Assembly: GCF_035084215.1 (NCBI RefSeq)
Contig: NW_027139666.1
Span: 2,914,001-2,978,000, forward strand
Direction of reading: 5' to 3'
Source: Heptranchias perlo
Taxonomy: Eukaryota
DNA: 64,000 nt
Shown piece by piece: positions 40,561-56,349 of this stretch (the stretch's first letter is position 1; every line of letters starts with the position of its first letter). The position numbers were made by a program, and so were the translations under genes. A model generated the notes under the pieces. It was not told the DNA's origin and did not search any database. It saw only the letters and a list, made by a program, of their open reading frames with translations.

Positions 40561-41891
40561 GAGTTGCTGCTTTGCTCGGTCATCATCCTTTGAATCTGGT
40601 GGATAAATTGAAAGAAAGTCAGTGAAACTACTCCATTTTAATGTTTGTCTCTGTAGAATTTACTGCCCAATAAAGTGAACACGGGGCCGGGGTCCGTTCA
40701 ATTCCCTTTTGCTTTGCTCTCGCTCTCATTCAGATTTACACCGCCCCCGGTTTTCCCGTGAACCATCACTTTCAGGGCTATGAATCAGAATTCAGTTCCT
40801 TCCTCTTTCTCACTGTGGAGCCAATCTCTGAAATAATTAATTACTGATCTTAATATCCCGCATATTAGCAGCACGTTCCCCGCAGTGTAACAATCCAGAA
40901 TGAACGATTGGAGAAAAGAATTGGCTCATTTTCAGGCTTCGTCCATGATTCCGTTTTCAGGACACACGGTTCCTGTTCAGTCCCTGCAACGGAATCAATT
41001 GATAACCTGGAGTTTGTTATTTTTACAGGTAGAAGTGAAATTTGTCCATATCAGCAATCTATGATTGGGGTTATATTCCGCAAGTTATAGACAATATATT
41101 TTTGAAACAGCGCTCGGAATCTGGGACGTGTAATACGGAATAACATTATTACAAAGAGATTTTAAGTCTTTGTCTAAAAACGACATGGCCGAGTAATTCA
41201 CTTATTTCATACACTGAAATTGGCGGCCTTTTTCAAATTTTAAAAAATCGGTCAATTGTGGCCAACAATTTGCTCCGTTTTCTTATTGTCGTCTCTCCGA
41301 TTGGTTCAGGAAATTAGTTTTCAAGCAAAGCAACCAATGAGAAGTAGCCTCAGTTTAGAGCGGGCTTTGCCAGTTGGGCCTGTGGTAATTCCAGGTCCCC
41401 AATGACTGAGCTCAAACGGTTCAATTTCACAAACCCTCTCAGTATCAGTGTCAGAAACAACCGTCAGAGGGAAAATCCATATCACAAGCTGGGCCCTTAT
41501 CACAGCGGCTCAGCTCAACCTGTTCTCCCTTGGAAACCCCCGGTCCCACATCACAACATCTGACTGATAAATAGAACCAAAACAGAGCGAATGGAGTGAA
41601 GGAGCATTTCAGCGAGGGGGGGGAATTCAGCTCCGGGTAAACTCACTTGTAACGTTCCCTGGACAATTCAGTGCACTCAATAAGGGAAGGTTCCCTCTCA
41701 GTAACCGGTGCAGCTCGCCGCCGATCCCAGCTCACCGTACTGTGTGTCACAGAAAACTCTTTAATTATAAAACTATTCCCTAGCCCAATATAACCCCGCA
41801 CCAGTTCCCAGGTCAGTGCTCTCTCTGTGAGGCGGTGGGTGGCTCTTAGAAGAGCCTTTGTTTTGTGTCCGGTTAGAAAGGGTCGAGTCGT

Positions 41892-42212
<321 letters not shown>

Positions 42213-42737
42213 TCACTCAGTTCGCTGCTGAATGAAAGACTCTCGCCTTTCTTCTGTATTTATAAAGCTCGCCCCGACCTGGTTGAGAAAGGCACATTAT
42301 CGGAGAGGCCGGGGAAGAGTGTTTGAATGAAAGACAGAGCATGAAGTGCGGGAGAGGAGGAGACTGGCTCAGAATGACGGACAAGCGGACGTGCAACTTC
42401 AAGCTCCGCCTCCAGGAATTAGTTACCGTCCTTTATAAAATTTTCACCAGCATCAAATAGGAAATACAAATTCAGACACAATCTTTACAGACTCCGGCAT
42501 GATATTCAAGGGTTTCCAGAAAAAAAGGCGGAATATATAATTTAAATTCAATAAATGAAGCACACTACAGTTCCAACACAATCACTATCATAATAAAATC
42601 AATCAATGCCGCTACGGAACCGTTGGAAGAGGGATAGTTTTAGTTTCAGATTTGTAGCTGACAGGAGGCGCCCAATAGTTTAATAAACATCAATCGGTGT
42701 GGAAGGCAATCTGTACCTTTCCGTGCTTGGGTCAGTA

Positions 42738-43328
42738 TGGGACTGGATAGAATCAGGCACTGGGATGAATGGAGAATGATCCTGTGTGGGGACTGGATAG
42801 ATTCAGGTCCTGGGATGGACAGAGACAGTTCCTGTGTGGGTACAATGCGTTTATTAGAGCTGAAGTCATTGGGAACTGGACAGAATCAGGGAATGGAATG
42901 GACAGACCCAGGTCCTGTGTGGGGACTGGATAGATTCAGGGACCGGGATGGACAGAGACAGTTCCTGTGTGGGGACTGGATAGATTCAGGGACCGGGATG
43001 GACAGAGACAGTTCCTGTGTGGGTAAAATGAGTTTAATTAGAGCTGAGGTCATTGAGGACTGGATAGATTCAGGGACCGGGATGGATGGAGATTGGTCAT
43101 GTGTGGCTATTATGAATTGAATTAGAGCTGGAGTCAGTGTGAAATTGGATAGATTCAGGGACCGGGATGGACATACCCAGGTCCTGTGTGGGGACTGGAT
43201 AGATTCAGTGGTCGGGATGGACAGACGCAGATCCTATGTGGGGACTGGATAGATTCAGTGGTCGGGACGGACAGACCCAGGTCCTGTTTGGGGACTGGAT
43301 CGATTCAGGGACCGGGATGGACAGAGAC
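42738..43328 (+). repeat. 50-bp tandem repeat
   Basis: Unit GGACTGGATAGATTCAGGGACCGGGATGGACAGAGACAGTTCCTGTGTGG. Confidence 0.88.
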
Positions 43329-43344
43329 TTCTCCCTGGCCACTG

Positions 43345-43680
43345 TGTGAGCCGGAATATGACCGTTCGCAACCTTTGTGTCCTATCTGACCCTGAGATGA
43401 GCATCCGACCACATATCCGCTCCATCACCAAGACCTAATTCCACCTTTGAAACATCGCGCGTCTCCGCCCCTGCCTCAGCTGATCTGGTGCTGAAACCCT
43501 CATCCATTCCCTTGTTACCTCCAGACTTTGCTATTCCAATGCTCTCCTGGTCAGCCTCCGATCTTCCACCCTCTGTAAACATGAACTCCTCCAAATCTCC
43601 GTTGCCCTATTCGGCTCCCACCAACTCCCGTTCACCTGTCACCCATGTGCTCGGTGAGTTACATTGGCTCCCATTCCTTT
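43345..43680 (+). mobile_element. L2-type LINE ORF2 C-terminal fragment
   Basis: 'RNLCVLSDPEMSIRPHIRSITK...IARLRPCLS...AETLIHSLVTSRL.YSNALL...LGELHWLP'. Confidence 0.75.
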
Positions 43681-43830
43681 AACCTTTATAGTGATGTAAT
43701 ATATCAACGTGGACCGGGGTCAACTGTGATCAATAGGTCAGTCTCTTCAGACAGTAAACAGCCCTTTCTCGGATACAGTGGGTGGCTCTGAAAAGAGCCT
43801 TTGGGTTTATCAGATTAAATCTTGGCCGAT

Positions 43831-44280
<450 letters not shown>

Positions 44281-45246
44281 TTATACCTTCTGGAGGTATA
44301 AAGTGGGGGCACTTGTAATTGGTCAATCTGTTGTCAATCTCTTTGGTTTAGCGAACAGCCCAATCAGAGAGCTGTTTTATTCGCCAATCAATAGCCGGCA
44401 ATGAGAAAAGGGCGGAAAATACCGAACTGAACCGTTTTTTTTGAAATTTGAAAAGCCCGCCAAAATATTTGTAACACAAGAAGCGGATTTAGTAAATAAT
44501 GTCGCCTTGAGACAAAGATTAAAAAATCTCTCTCCTTTTACTCTGTTATTCCACATTTCCCGTCACAACTTCCAGAATCTTTTACAATACGTTTAAAATC
44601 CGGCTCCCTTCATCGTTCGCTTTCAATCCGGCGGGAATGAAGTCCCATTTTGAAACGGGGCAGATTCCAGCTCAATCTTTGTAAAAGTAACAAACCACAG
44701 ATTGTGGATTGATACCTGTTCACAGGAGCTGCAGCGCGATCGAAACCGGAGCCGAGACTCCTGGTGTAAGAAGTCGAACAGTGACAGAGCCTTTCGACTT
44801 TTCTGTACTCGGTGTGAAGTCCCTTTCAGGGTTGCTGCATTTCAAACGATTGCGGTTCTCAAAGTGATATTCCCGAATAATGAACAAACAAACGTGAAAA
44901 GGAGAAAGAAATGAAGTCTAATCCATCGCCTAAAGACGGCTATGAAGGGGCAGACGCGGGGGAAGGGGCGGAATATGAACGGGAATGAGAGGATCAGGGA
45001 CACGTTTTTGGTTATTGGAATTAAATAGAAAGCGACACATAGATTATACCTGGCAGTGATTATGAGAATCTTCCAGATTTCAAGAGAAATTAGAAAAGCA
45101 CAAGAGTTATAGAGAGACAGTTAGTATCAAACTATCTACAGTAAAATGATTCCATACAGAGGGGTTGGTACAGCGTCTTCAGAGAGACTGTGGGTGGCTC
45201 TGAAAAGAGCCTTTGTGTTTAGTTTTTTTCAGTTGATTGTGGAGTT

Positions 45247-45621
45247 TTACTTTTAGCTGGTGTACTTGGTCACCGCCTTTGTCCCTTCCGACACGGCGTG
45301 TTTGGCCAGTTCTCCGGGCAGCAACAGGCGCACAGCGGTCTGGATCTCCCGGGAGCTGATGGTGTGGCGTTTATTATAATGGGCCAGGCGGGAAGCCTCA
45401 CCCGCGATGCGCTCGAAAATATCGTTCACAAAGGAGTTCATGATGCTCATGGCCTTTGAGGAGATGCCGGTGTCGGGGTGAACCTGCTTCATCACTTTGT
45501 CGACGTAGATGGAGTAACTCTCCTTCCTCGACTTTCTCCGCTTCTTGCCGCCCTTGGCTGGTGCTTTACTCAAGGTTTTCTTGGCGCCCTTCTTGGAAGC
45601 TGCTTTCTTGTCCTAAGGCAT
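45247..45621 (-). pseudogene. H2B: Histone H2B pseudogene
   Basis: ATG CCT TAG (nonsense at codon 3), YVDK substitution, and a premature TAA two codons before the normal stop. Stem-loop intact at 45196-45211. Confidence 0.93.
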
Positions 45622-47235
45622 TTCAAAACTCAATTTCAGACCCAGAAATGACGCAAATCCACTCCGAGCTCGGATTAAATAGGCAGCCCCACAGCCCTAT
45701 GGTAATGAGGGATGGGGGAAGGCAATGATTGTGATTGGGTCATTGGGAGTGATAAACGTCACCTTTTCCTTTCACTCTCTGATTGGTTTCTTCAGATATC
45801 CAATCAGATTCAGTATCTGCCACCAATCACAAACACGCTCACACTGCACATTGTCCGGTTTCAGCAATTTGTTCCGAACTGTTGCAGTTCTGCTTCCGGC
45901 CAGTAGATGTCCCCAAACCCCTGACATTGAAGTTTGCAGATGAGAGAGGGACAGAAGATAAACTCATTCTTCACATTATATTGCACGAGTGGGATTCAGA
46001 GAAACTGGGAATGGAGAACATTTTGTTGGAGCAAACATTTGTTGTAATGTCGTGTGAAATGCTTGTAATTATTTAGTGGGTAGAGCCTATACTGAGGAAG
46101 AATCTAACAAAATTCAAGAAGACTTTAATAAACTTGCTGAAAGGCGGTGTAAATGGCCATTGAATTTCCATATAGCAAGTTGTGACGTGGTGCATTTTGC
46201 TCGGGGGAATAAGGAGGCCACACACTGCTTGGAAAATAAGAGTCTAAATGGGGTCGAAGAGCAAAGGGATTTAGGGGTACAGATTGACAAATCATTAAAG
46301 TAGCAACACAGGTTGATAATGTCATAGAAAACAAACACAGAGGTTTATTTCTAAAGGAACAGAATTGGAAAGGAGATAAGTTCTGTTGAACTGTAATTTA
46401 AACTGTCAAACCTTCTGTCAAACTATTAAACCTTCCCTTTCTGAAATCAGTGCTGACTATTCTTTATTATATTTTCGGTTTCTAGATGTTTATCTACTGT
46501 ATCATTGAGTAAAGGATTCCATGATCATCCCCACCACCGACCTTTAGTTAACTGGTCTATCGTTCCCTGCACTTGTTCTATCTCCTTTTTTAAAATATAA
46601 GAATCACATTCGCTGTCATCCAGTCCTTTGGCACTATTGCACTTTGTGATGATTTTTTTCCTATGTGTGTAACAGTGCCTCTGCTATCTCTTCCCTTGCT
46701 TCATTTAATATGCACGGATACAATCCATCAGGACCAGTTTAACCACCCTTTCTAACTTAACTGTCTTGATATCTTTATTGACCTCTTCCTTTAATATCAT
46801 GTTCACCCTGTTAATCACCCGGGTAAATAATGAGCAAAGTAATAATTCAATATTTCTGCCATTTCGCTGACGTTACCTGTGAGTTTATCTTGTGCATCCC
46901 TCAGTGGCACTCAAACTATTCTGATTTTCATTTTGTTATTTTTGTGTCTGTCGAATAATTTATTATTTCTTTTCATATTCCTTGATAATTTGATTTCGTG
47001 GTTCCTGTTTTCTTCCGTAATTGTTTTTGTGACTTCTTCCTAACCTCTTCCTATTCGCTTTTGTCATCCTTTTATTTAATATCTATGAATGAGAAATTCC
47101 ACCAGCTTGTTGTGTCTGATCAGGGGCTGATGTTTGGGAAATATTTATTGTCTATGATTAAAGTACCAAAAACCCAAAGGGCGCAATTCAGTATGAAACT
47201 CCACAGAAACACTCTACTTCTCTCTCCTCGTGAAA

Positions 47236-47306
47236 TAAGGCGCTATAATGGTGAGTATAGCTGCCTTCCAAACAGTTAATTCCAAACAGGTTTGAATCCC
47301 AGCACG
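47236..47306 (+). pseudogene. Decayed tRNA-Gly(TCC) relic
   Basis: CTATAATGGTGAGTATAGCTGCCTTCCAAACAGTT...GGTTTGAATCCCAGC. Paralogue of 2435-2505. Confidence 0.7.
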
Positions 47307-48539
47307 CTGAATTCAGAAACACCAAGACTGGAATCAAATTTGATGATGTTCAGAGGGATAGTGTTTCCAAAACACAAACGGGTCTAACTTATATTAAAAA
47401 AATATTTTAAAAATTCATTTATTTCCTCCATAACGTTGAATTTAACTTTGTTCCTTTGTATTATTATTTCTCCTGATCTGTACAGTGGATACAGGACACA
47501 ATTGCCCGGATTCAGTGAAATTAATTGATTTTCTGAAGTTTTTCCCTCTGCAGATTCAGTTCCTTATTTAAATTATGTCGGATTAACCATTCTAATCTAT
47601 AGAAGGGTCATTGACCTGAACCGTTAACCCGAGCTTCCCTTCTCCACAGATGCTGCCGGACCTGCTGAGTCTTTCCAGCATTTTCGGTTTTAATTTTTTC
47701 TATGTTTTATCCCTTTCACTTTTGACGGTCATTGGAAGTTCCAGATTTGCGCTCAGTTTTTATTTGTGTTTCAGTTCGGTTTATTTGAATTAATATAAAT
47801 CGTGTCCTGAGAAATCAGACAGAAATATTGAGCAATGTGGAGTGAAATATAATGGGGCAACTTTCGAATAAGCAAAACAAGAACTTTATTATGAATCAAT
47901 TGTCTTCATTTTCACTGACAAAATATGAAAAAATACGAGAGCAGAAGTTACAGAGAGAAACTATTTCCTCCGATTGCACATTGTCCTGAATCTGTATCAA
48001 CGACAGATGATGTGAATTTGTTCCACTCTGTTACAGTTCTCCCTTACAGCCAGTAGATGTCAGACTGTATGTGAGTTTGGGATTAATTCTCTGTCAGTTT
48101 CTGGGACTGCATGTGAGTGTGAGATTCATTCTGTGTCTGTCAGTCTCTGATACTGTGTGTGTGTATGTGTGTGTGTGGGATTTATTCTTTATCTGTCAGT
48201 CTCTGGTGCTTTATGTGAATGTAGGATTCATTCTATTCTTGTCAGTCTCTGGTACTGCGTGTGAGTGTGGGATTCATTCTGTAACTCCGTCTCTGGGACA
48301 AAGTGCAAGTCTGGATTCGGTCTTTATTCTTATTTCATGTTACAGTATATTGCTTGAAACTGTATGTTTAATTCATTAATGTATGCACAATCTTTTGTCT
48401 AGCATTAATTTGTAATTATGGATACACTTTTGGATTTTGTTTTAATCAAACAACGTGTGTGAGTTTTGGTGTAGGATTACACTTTAATCTCTGAAGACTA
48501 TTGTAAATGATAATTTACATTTCATCTTTTACTGTGAAA

Positions 48540-49950
48540 TTATTGGACTGGTATTTCTTGTGCAGCTCAGTCTGCGCTAATGGAATTGATACTGTATCTT
48601 TCAGTCTGATTCTGTGTAATATATTTAGATTAGTCTGTAAGGTGTAGCTCAGTCAGCTATAATGGAATTGATACAGTAACAGACTTAAAGATGAAGTATG
48701 AGGTTTTTGAACTGGTATGGAATGTGTAGCTCAGTCTGTACAAATCAAATTGATACTGGGGCTCAATCAGCTATAATAAGAATGATACTATATCTTTCAG
48801 TCCGATTGCGTGTGAGGTTTTTGGACCGGTATGTAATGTGTAGCTTAGTCTGCACTAATGGAATTGATGCTGTACCTTTTATTCTGCTACTGTGTGATAT
48901 ATTTAGACTGGTGTGTAAGGTGTAGCTCAGTTTGCACTAATGGGATTGATACTGTATCTTTCAGCATGGCCAAGAATGTGATTTTTGGACTGGTGGTTAA
49001 TGTGTAGCTCAGTTTGCAGTAAAGGAATTGTTACTGTATCTTTCAGTAGGATACACTATGCAAATTTTGGACTATATATAATGTGTAGCTCAGCCTGCAC
49101 TAATGCAATTGATAAAGTATCTTTCAGTCTGACACTGTATGAGATTTATGGGTTGTATGTAATTTGTAGCTCATTCAGCATTGATGGAATTGATACGTTT
49201 TCTGTCAATCTGACACTGTGATTTTTTTTGTTCTAGTATGGAATGTGTGGTTCAGTCAACACTTATGGAATTGATGCTGTACATTTCAGCATGAGCTTGA
49301 AGTGATTTTTGGACTGATATGTAATGTGTAGTTCAGTCTGTACGAATGGAATTGACACTCTAGCTTTCAGTCAGACACTGAGAGAGATTTTTGGACTGGT
49401 TTGTAATGTGTGGCTTAGTCCACACTAATAGGATTCATACTGTATATTTCAGTACGACACTGCATGCGAATTTTGGACTGTATATAATGTGTAGCTCAGT
49501 CTGCACGAATGGAATTGATACTGTATCTTTCAGTCTGATGCTGCGGAATATATTTAGACTGGTGTGTAATGTGTAACTCATTCTGAACTAATAGGATTGA
49601 TACTGCATCATTCGGCATGACCCTGAATCTGTTTTTTGAACTGGTATATAATGTGTAGCTCAGTCTGCTGTAATGGAATTCATACTGTGCCTTTCAGTTT
49701 GACCCTGAATGTGATTTTTGACTGGTATATAATGTGTAGCTCAGTCTGCACTAATGGGATGATACTGCATCTTTCAGTCTCTTACTGTGAGAGATTTTTG
49801 TATTGGTATGTAATGTGTACGTCAGTCTGTACTAATCAAATCAATACTATATCTTTCAGTTTTATACTGTATGAGAATTTTAGACTGGTATCTAACGTGT
49901 ACCTCAATCTGCAGTAAAGGAATTAAAACTGTACATTTCATTCTGACACC
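48540..49950 (+). repeat. Satellite B block (~82 bp unit)
   Basis: Tandem GTAGCTCAGTCTGCACTAATGGAATTGATACTG units. Further blocks at ~52300-52910 and 53510-54115. Confidence 0.88.
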
Positions 49951-52900
49951 ATGAGGTTTTTGAACATATATGTGAGTCAAATATGGGTAACATCTGAATT
50001 GGTATCTAATTTGTATCTCAAGGTGCACTATTGGCATGAATACTGCACCTTTAAACTCAAAATGTGTGTGAATTGAGGGCTGGTATTTAATTTTAATCTT
50101 GGAGTACACTATTGTTATTCACTCTGTATCTATCAATCAGTACCATTTGTCAGTTCTATCTGGTATTTAATTTGTAGCTAAGGCTGAAATAATGTGAGAA
50201 TTGAAACAGTGCCTTTCAATCTGAAACTGGGTGTGATTTTGGACTGGGAATTATTTATTTGCCAGTCAGCGGTACTGAGTCATTGTGAAATAGAAATTCC
50301 GTCTGTCTCTCCTGCTCTGTTTGACTGTTGGATTGGGATCAGCGTGGTATTGACCATTTCTGCTATCTGAGAATGTGGAACTGATGACCTGTCTGTGTCT
50401 CTATGCTCTGAGTGTTAATGTACATACTGTGTGTGAGAAGGAGCTGGCTGCACTGACTGCTCCTTGTGCCTCGGGTGGAGTAAACATCACACTGATTCTG
50501 GGTCCTTCAACGAATTGACTGATGGGAAAAAAACTGTCTCTTGTAACTCAAGAACAGGTGAGGTAGAAAAAACCAAAAGTGATCAATTGAATCTCTTTGT
50601 TAATAATCATTGTAATATCCACAAAGGAAAAACAGCGATACAAACAGTGTCAGTGTCTGATTCCACTGCAGTACTGCAGCACTCAGCTTCTGCACACCAG
50701 GTGTGTTGGGCAATTTTAAAATTTAGTGACATCCAGACACAACCCAACCCCTGCACTGATCCATGAATGGGTCTACCCGATTGGGCAGGGACCTTTGTAC
50801 ACATCAGATTTCTACTCCCCTTTCTCATGGGACTAACCGTTCAACCGAAACAAAACAGCCGCTGTTTAAAATGTGACCTTCACACTTCTCACCTGATGCC
50901 TGCAATTGATGCTCTTTGTATAACACCCCATATCCTTACTGTCCGGCTCTGTTTACTGTTCAATAACAAACACTAAAGGTTAATGGGCAGGTTTAAAAAA
51001 TCAGATTTAGTACCTGCCACCAATCACAAACACGCTCACACTGCACATTGTCCGGTTTCAGCAATTTGTTCCGAACTGTTGCAGTTCTGCTTTCGGCCAG
51101 TAGATGTCCCCAAACCCCGGGACATTGAAGTTTGCAGATGAGAGAGGGACAGAAGATAAACTCATTCTTCACATTATATTGCACGAGTGGCATTTAGAAA
51201 AAACTGGCAATGGAGACGAGCTGCAAGTACATTTTTTTTGGACCAAAAACTACTTGTAATGCTGTGTTAAATTCTTGTAATCGATTTCGGGCGTATAGTC
51301 AATATTGAGGAAGACTGGGACAAAATAAACTTGCAGAACGGCCGTGTAAATGGCCATTGAATTTCAATATAGAAAGGTGTGAGGTGGTGCATTTCGCTGG
51401 GGGAATAAGGAGGCCACATACTGCATGAAAAATAAGAGTCTAAATGGGGTAGAGGTGCAATGTAAATCATCCTGAGAAATCAGCGAGAAATACTTCGCAA
51501 TGTAAAGTGAAATATAATGGGGTAAATTCACAACTATCGAATGAGTGAAACAAAAACTTTATTATGAATCAATTGTCTTCATTTTTCACCGTCAAAGAGT
51601 GCAAAAATACGAGAGTAAAAGTTGCAGACCGAAACTTCCATCACATTGCACATTATCCTGTTTCTGCAACCACGACAGTTCATGTGAATTTGTTCCCTCG
51701 TTACAGTTCTCGCTTACGGCCAGTAGATGTCAGTCTCTAGCACTGTACATGAGAGTGGGGTTGATTCTGTCATTGTCAGTCTCTGGTGCTGTGCATGAGT
51801 TTGGGATTCATTCAGTATCTGTAAATCTCTGGTACTGAGTGTGAGCATGGGGTATGTTCTGCATCTTTCAGTCTCAGGTACTATATATAAGTGATGGATT
51901 CATTCTGTATCTTTCAGTCTCTGGTACTTTATGTGAGTGTGGGATTAATTCTGTATCTGTCATTTTCTGGTGCTGTATGTGAGTGTGGGATTCATTCTGT
52001 ATCTGCCATTCTCTCCTACTTTATCTCAGTGAGGGATTCATTCTGTCATTCAGTCTCTGAGACAATGTGCAAGTCTGGATTCATTCTGTGTTCTTATTTC
52101 AGTTTACAGTATCGTATTTGAAACTGTATCTTTAATGCTTTAAATTATATATAGTTCTTCGTCGATTATTTACGTTGTTAATATGGATACATTTTTCGAT
52201 TTTCTTTATTCAAACAATGTGTGAGAGTTTTGGAGTAGTATTATATCTTAATCTCTGAACTGTATTTTGAATGATAATGTACCTTTCAATCTGTTCCCGG
52301 TGAAATTATTGGACTGGTATGTAATGAGTAGCTCAGTCTGCAATAATGGGATTAATTCTGTATCTGAGTCTAACACGACATGTGATTTTTGGACACGATA
52401 TCTAATATGTAGCTCATCCTGCACTAAACGAATTGATACTGTATCTAGCAGTCTTATACTGTGTGAAGTTTTTGGACTGGTGAGTAACATGTAGTTCAGT
52501 CTGTGCTAATGGAATTGATATTGTATCTTTGAGTCTGATAAGGTATGAGATTCTTGGATTGCTATATAATGTGTGGCTCAGTCTGCACTAATGAAATCGA
52601 TACTGTACCTTTCAGTCTAACATTGTATGAGATTGTTGGACTGTTATATAATGTTTAGTTCAGGCGGTGCAAGAAGAATTTAAACTATATCTTTCAGTCT
52701 GATCATTGATGTGATTTTTGGACTCGTATGTAATGTGTAGCTCAGTCTGCACCAATGGTATTGATAATATTTATATCTGTATAATACTGAGTATTTACCA
52801 ATATATCTAATATGTAGCTCAGTCTGCACTAATGGAATTTATACTTTATCTTTAAATCTGATACTATGAGATCTTTGGACTGGTCTGTAAAGTGTAACTC

Positions 52901-54119
52901 AGTCAGCAGTAATGTGACTGTGACATTCATTCTGTATCCGTCAGTCTCTGGTTCTTTTTGTGTGAGAGATTCATTCTGTATCTGTCAGTCCCTGGTACTG
53001 TGCGTGAGTGAGATTCATTCTGTTCCGGATACTGTATGTGATTGTAGGTTTCATAATATATCTGTCATTCTCTGGTACTGAGTGTGAGCATGGGGAATAT
53101 TCTGCATCTCTCAGTCTCAGGGGTATTATATATAAGTGATGGATTCATTCTGTATCTGTCAGTCTCTAGTGCTGTCTGTGTGTGTGGGATTCATTCTGTA
53201 TCTGCCATTCTCTGCTACTTTATCTCAGTGTGGGATTCATTCTGTAATTCAGTCTCTGAGACAATGTGCAAGTCTGGATTCATTCGGTGTCCTTATTTCA
53301 GTTTACAGTATCGTTTTTGAAACTGTAGATTTAATAGTTTAAATTATATACAGTTCTTCATCGAGTATTTAATTTGTTAATATGGATACACTTTTCAATT
53401 TTCTTTAATCAAACTATGTGTGTGAGTTTTGGAGTAGTATTACATCTTAATCTATGAACTTTATTGTGAATGATAATGTACCTTTCTATCTGTTCCCTGT
53501 GAAATTATTGGACTGGTATGTAATGTTTAGTTTAGTCTGCAATAATGGGATTAATTCTGTATCTCAGTCTAAACTGTATGAGATTTTTGGACTGGTGTGT
53601 AACATGTAGCTCAGTCTGTGCTAATGGAATTGATATTGTATCTTTGAGTCTGATAAGGTATGAGATTCTTGGACTGCTATATAATGTGTGGCTCAGTCTG
53701 CACTCATGAAATCGATACTACATCTTTTAGTCTAATATTTTATGGGATTTCCAGTCTGGTATGTAATGTACAGCTCAGGCAGTGCTAATAGAATTGAAAC
53801 TCTATTTTCCAGTCGAATCATTTATGTGTTTTTTGGACTCGTATGTAATGTGTAGTTCAGTCTGTACCAATGGTATTGATACTGTTTATTTCAGTATAAT
53901 ACTCCATGAGTATTTACCAATATATCTAATATGTAGCTCAGTCTGCGCTAATAGAATTGATACTGCACCTTTAAAACTGACACTATGAGATTTTTGGACT
54001 GGTATGTAATGTGTCACTAAGCCAGCATTGATGGAATTGATGAGGTATCTTTCGATCTGCGACTGTGAGATTTTTGCTCTGGTACGTAATGTGTAACTCA
54101 GCCTGCACTAATGTAGGTG

Positions 54120-55055
54120 ACTGTGAGATTCACTTTGTATCTCTCAGTCTCTGGTACTGACTGTGAGTGTGGGATTCATGCTGTAACTGTCACTCTCTGG
54201 TACTCTATTTGACTGTGGGATTCATTCTGTATATACATTCTCTAGTACTGTGTGTGGGTGTTGAATTATTTCCATATATGCAGTTTCTCATAATGTATGT
54301 TGGTGTGAGATTCATACTGTATCTGTCAGTCTCTGGTACTGTGTGTGAGTGTGGGATTCATTCTGTATCTGTCAGTCTCAGGTACTGTGTGTGAGTGTGA
54401 GATTAATTCTGTATCTGCCAATCTCAGGTACTGCGTGTGAGTGTGGCATTCATTCTGTATCTCTCAGTCTCTGGTACTGTGTGTGAGTGTGGGATTCATT
54501 CTGTATCTGTCAGTCTCTGGTGCTGTGTGTGAGATTCATTCTGTATCTGCCAATCTCAGGTACTGTGTGTGAGTGTGGGATTCATTCTGTATCTGTCAGT
54601 CTCTGGTACTGTGTGTGAGTGTGGGATTTATTCTGTATCTGCCAAACTCAGGTACTGCGTGTGAGTGTGGGATTCATTCTGTATCTGTCAGTCTCTGGTG
54701 CTGTGTGTGAGTGTGAGATTCATTCTGTACTCTGTCAGACTCTGGTACTGTACGTGAGTGTGGCCTTCATTCTGTATCTGCCAATCTCAGGTACTGTGTT
54801 TGAGTTTGGGATTTATTTTGTATCTCTCATTCTCCAGTGCTTTATGAGAGTGTGGGATGGTTTTGCTATCTGTCAGTCCTTGGTACTGTATTTCAGTGTG
54901 GGATACATTCTGTATCTGACATCTCTAGTACCATACTTGAGTGTTGGATTCACTCTGTGTCTGGCAAACTCTAGTACTGTATGTGAGTGTGGGATTCATT
55001 CTGTGTTTGTGTGTCTCTGTACTGTATCTGAGTGTGAGATTCATTCTGTATCTGT
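54120..55055 (+). repeat. Satellite A block
   Basis: 46-bp units. Further blocks at 48065-48300, 51730-52060 and 52920-53260. Confidence 0.9.
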
Positions 55056-56349
55056 ATATAATTATTCTCTCAGATTACATTATGGTGTTCAATACTGTCG
55101 CTTTACTATCTTAATGTTTCAACAGTTTTTCCCAGTATTTAATTGGTAAACATGGATACACTTTAGGATTTGATGCTGGAGGTTTTAATCAGAAGATTTG
55201 TGTTTTTTGGACTAGTATCATATCAGTATCTCTGTGAGTACTATTGTGAATGATAATATTTCTTTCAAACTGAAATGGTGACATTTTTGAATTGCTATAT
55301 ATTGTGTCGATCAGCCTGCAGTAAAGGAATTGATACTGTCTCTTTAAATCTCATGCTATGAGTATATTATAAACTGGTATCTAATTTGTTTCTCAGGTTA
55401 CACTGTCACAGCATTTCTCAATCTGATATTGTACATGATTTTTGGACTTGCAATTTGTATTCGAATGGTACACTATTCGAATGGATACTGCATGTATTAA
55501 ACTCACGTGTGGGTGTGAGACTTCTTGTCTGGTATTCAATTGGAATCTCGGGGTATCTGGTTTTTAATTCATGGCGAATGCTGCACTTCTTGGAAATTGA
55601 CAATCTGATCGTGTGACTTTGGACTGGGATTTTTGTATCTACCTGTCAGCGGGACTGAGTTCGGGTGCAATGGAACAGCGTCTGCCTCACCTGCTCTGTT
55701 TGACTGTTGGTTTGAAAATGTGTCTCTGGAACTTGGGATCAGTGTGGGACTGACTACTTCTGCTGTCTGAGACTGTGGAACTGATGACCTGTCTGTGTCT
55801 CTGTGAGTGATAATATACATACTGTGTGTGAGAAGGAGTTGGCTGCACTGTTCCTTTGTCTCGGGGGGAGGAAACTTCACATTCATTCTGGATCCTTCTC
55901 GGATTTGCCTGTAGAAAGAAAATTATCTCTTGTTACTCAATAACAGGTGTGGTAGAAAATACAAAAGTGATCAGTTTAAAACCTCTGTTAATAATTATTT
56001 TGTGCTTCGACAAATGAAAACCAGTGATACAGTGTCAGTGTCTGACTCGACTGCAGTACTGCAGCACTCAGCTTCAGCATACCAGGTGTGTTAGGCTGTT
56101 TTAGAACAATTTAGTGACATCCAGACAAAATGCAACCCCTGCACTGATCCATGAGTGGGACTACCGGATGGGGCAGGGACCTTTGTACAGGTCGGGTTTC
56201 AAATCCCCTCTCCCATGGGACTAACCGTTCAACTGAAAGCAAACAGCCGCTGTTAGAAATGTGTCCTTCACACTTGTCACCTGGTGCTTTCAATAGATGC
56301 TCTTTGTATAACTCCCCACATCCTGACTGTCCGGCTCTGTTTCCACTCT

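Noticed and set aside
51711-51722. GCTTACGGCCA as the start of a 5S rRNA gene (also ~3249)
   Set aside because: Only 11 nt match and no internal control region follows. It is part of the CTCF-like motif.
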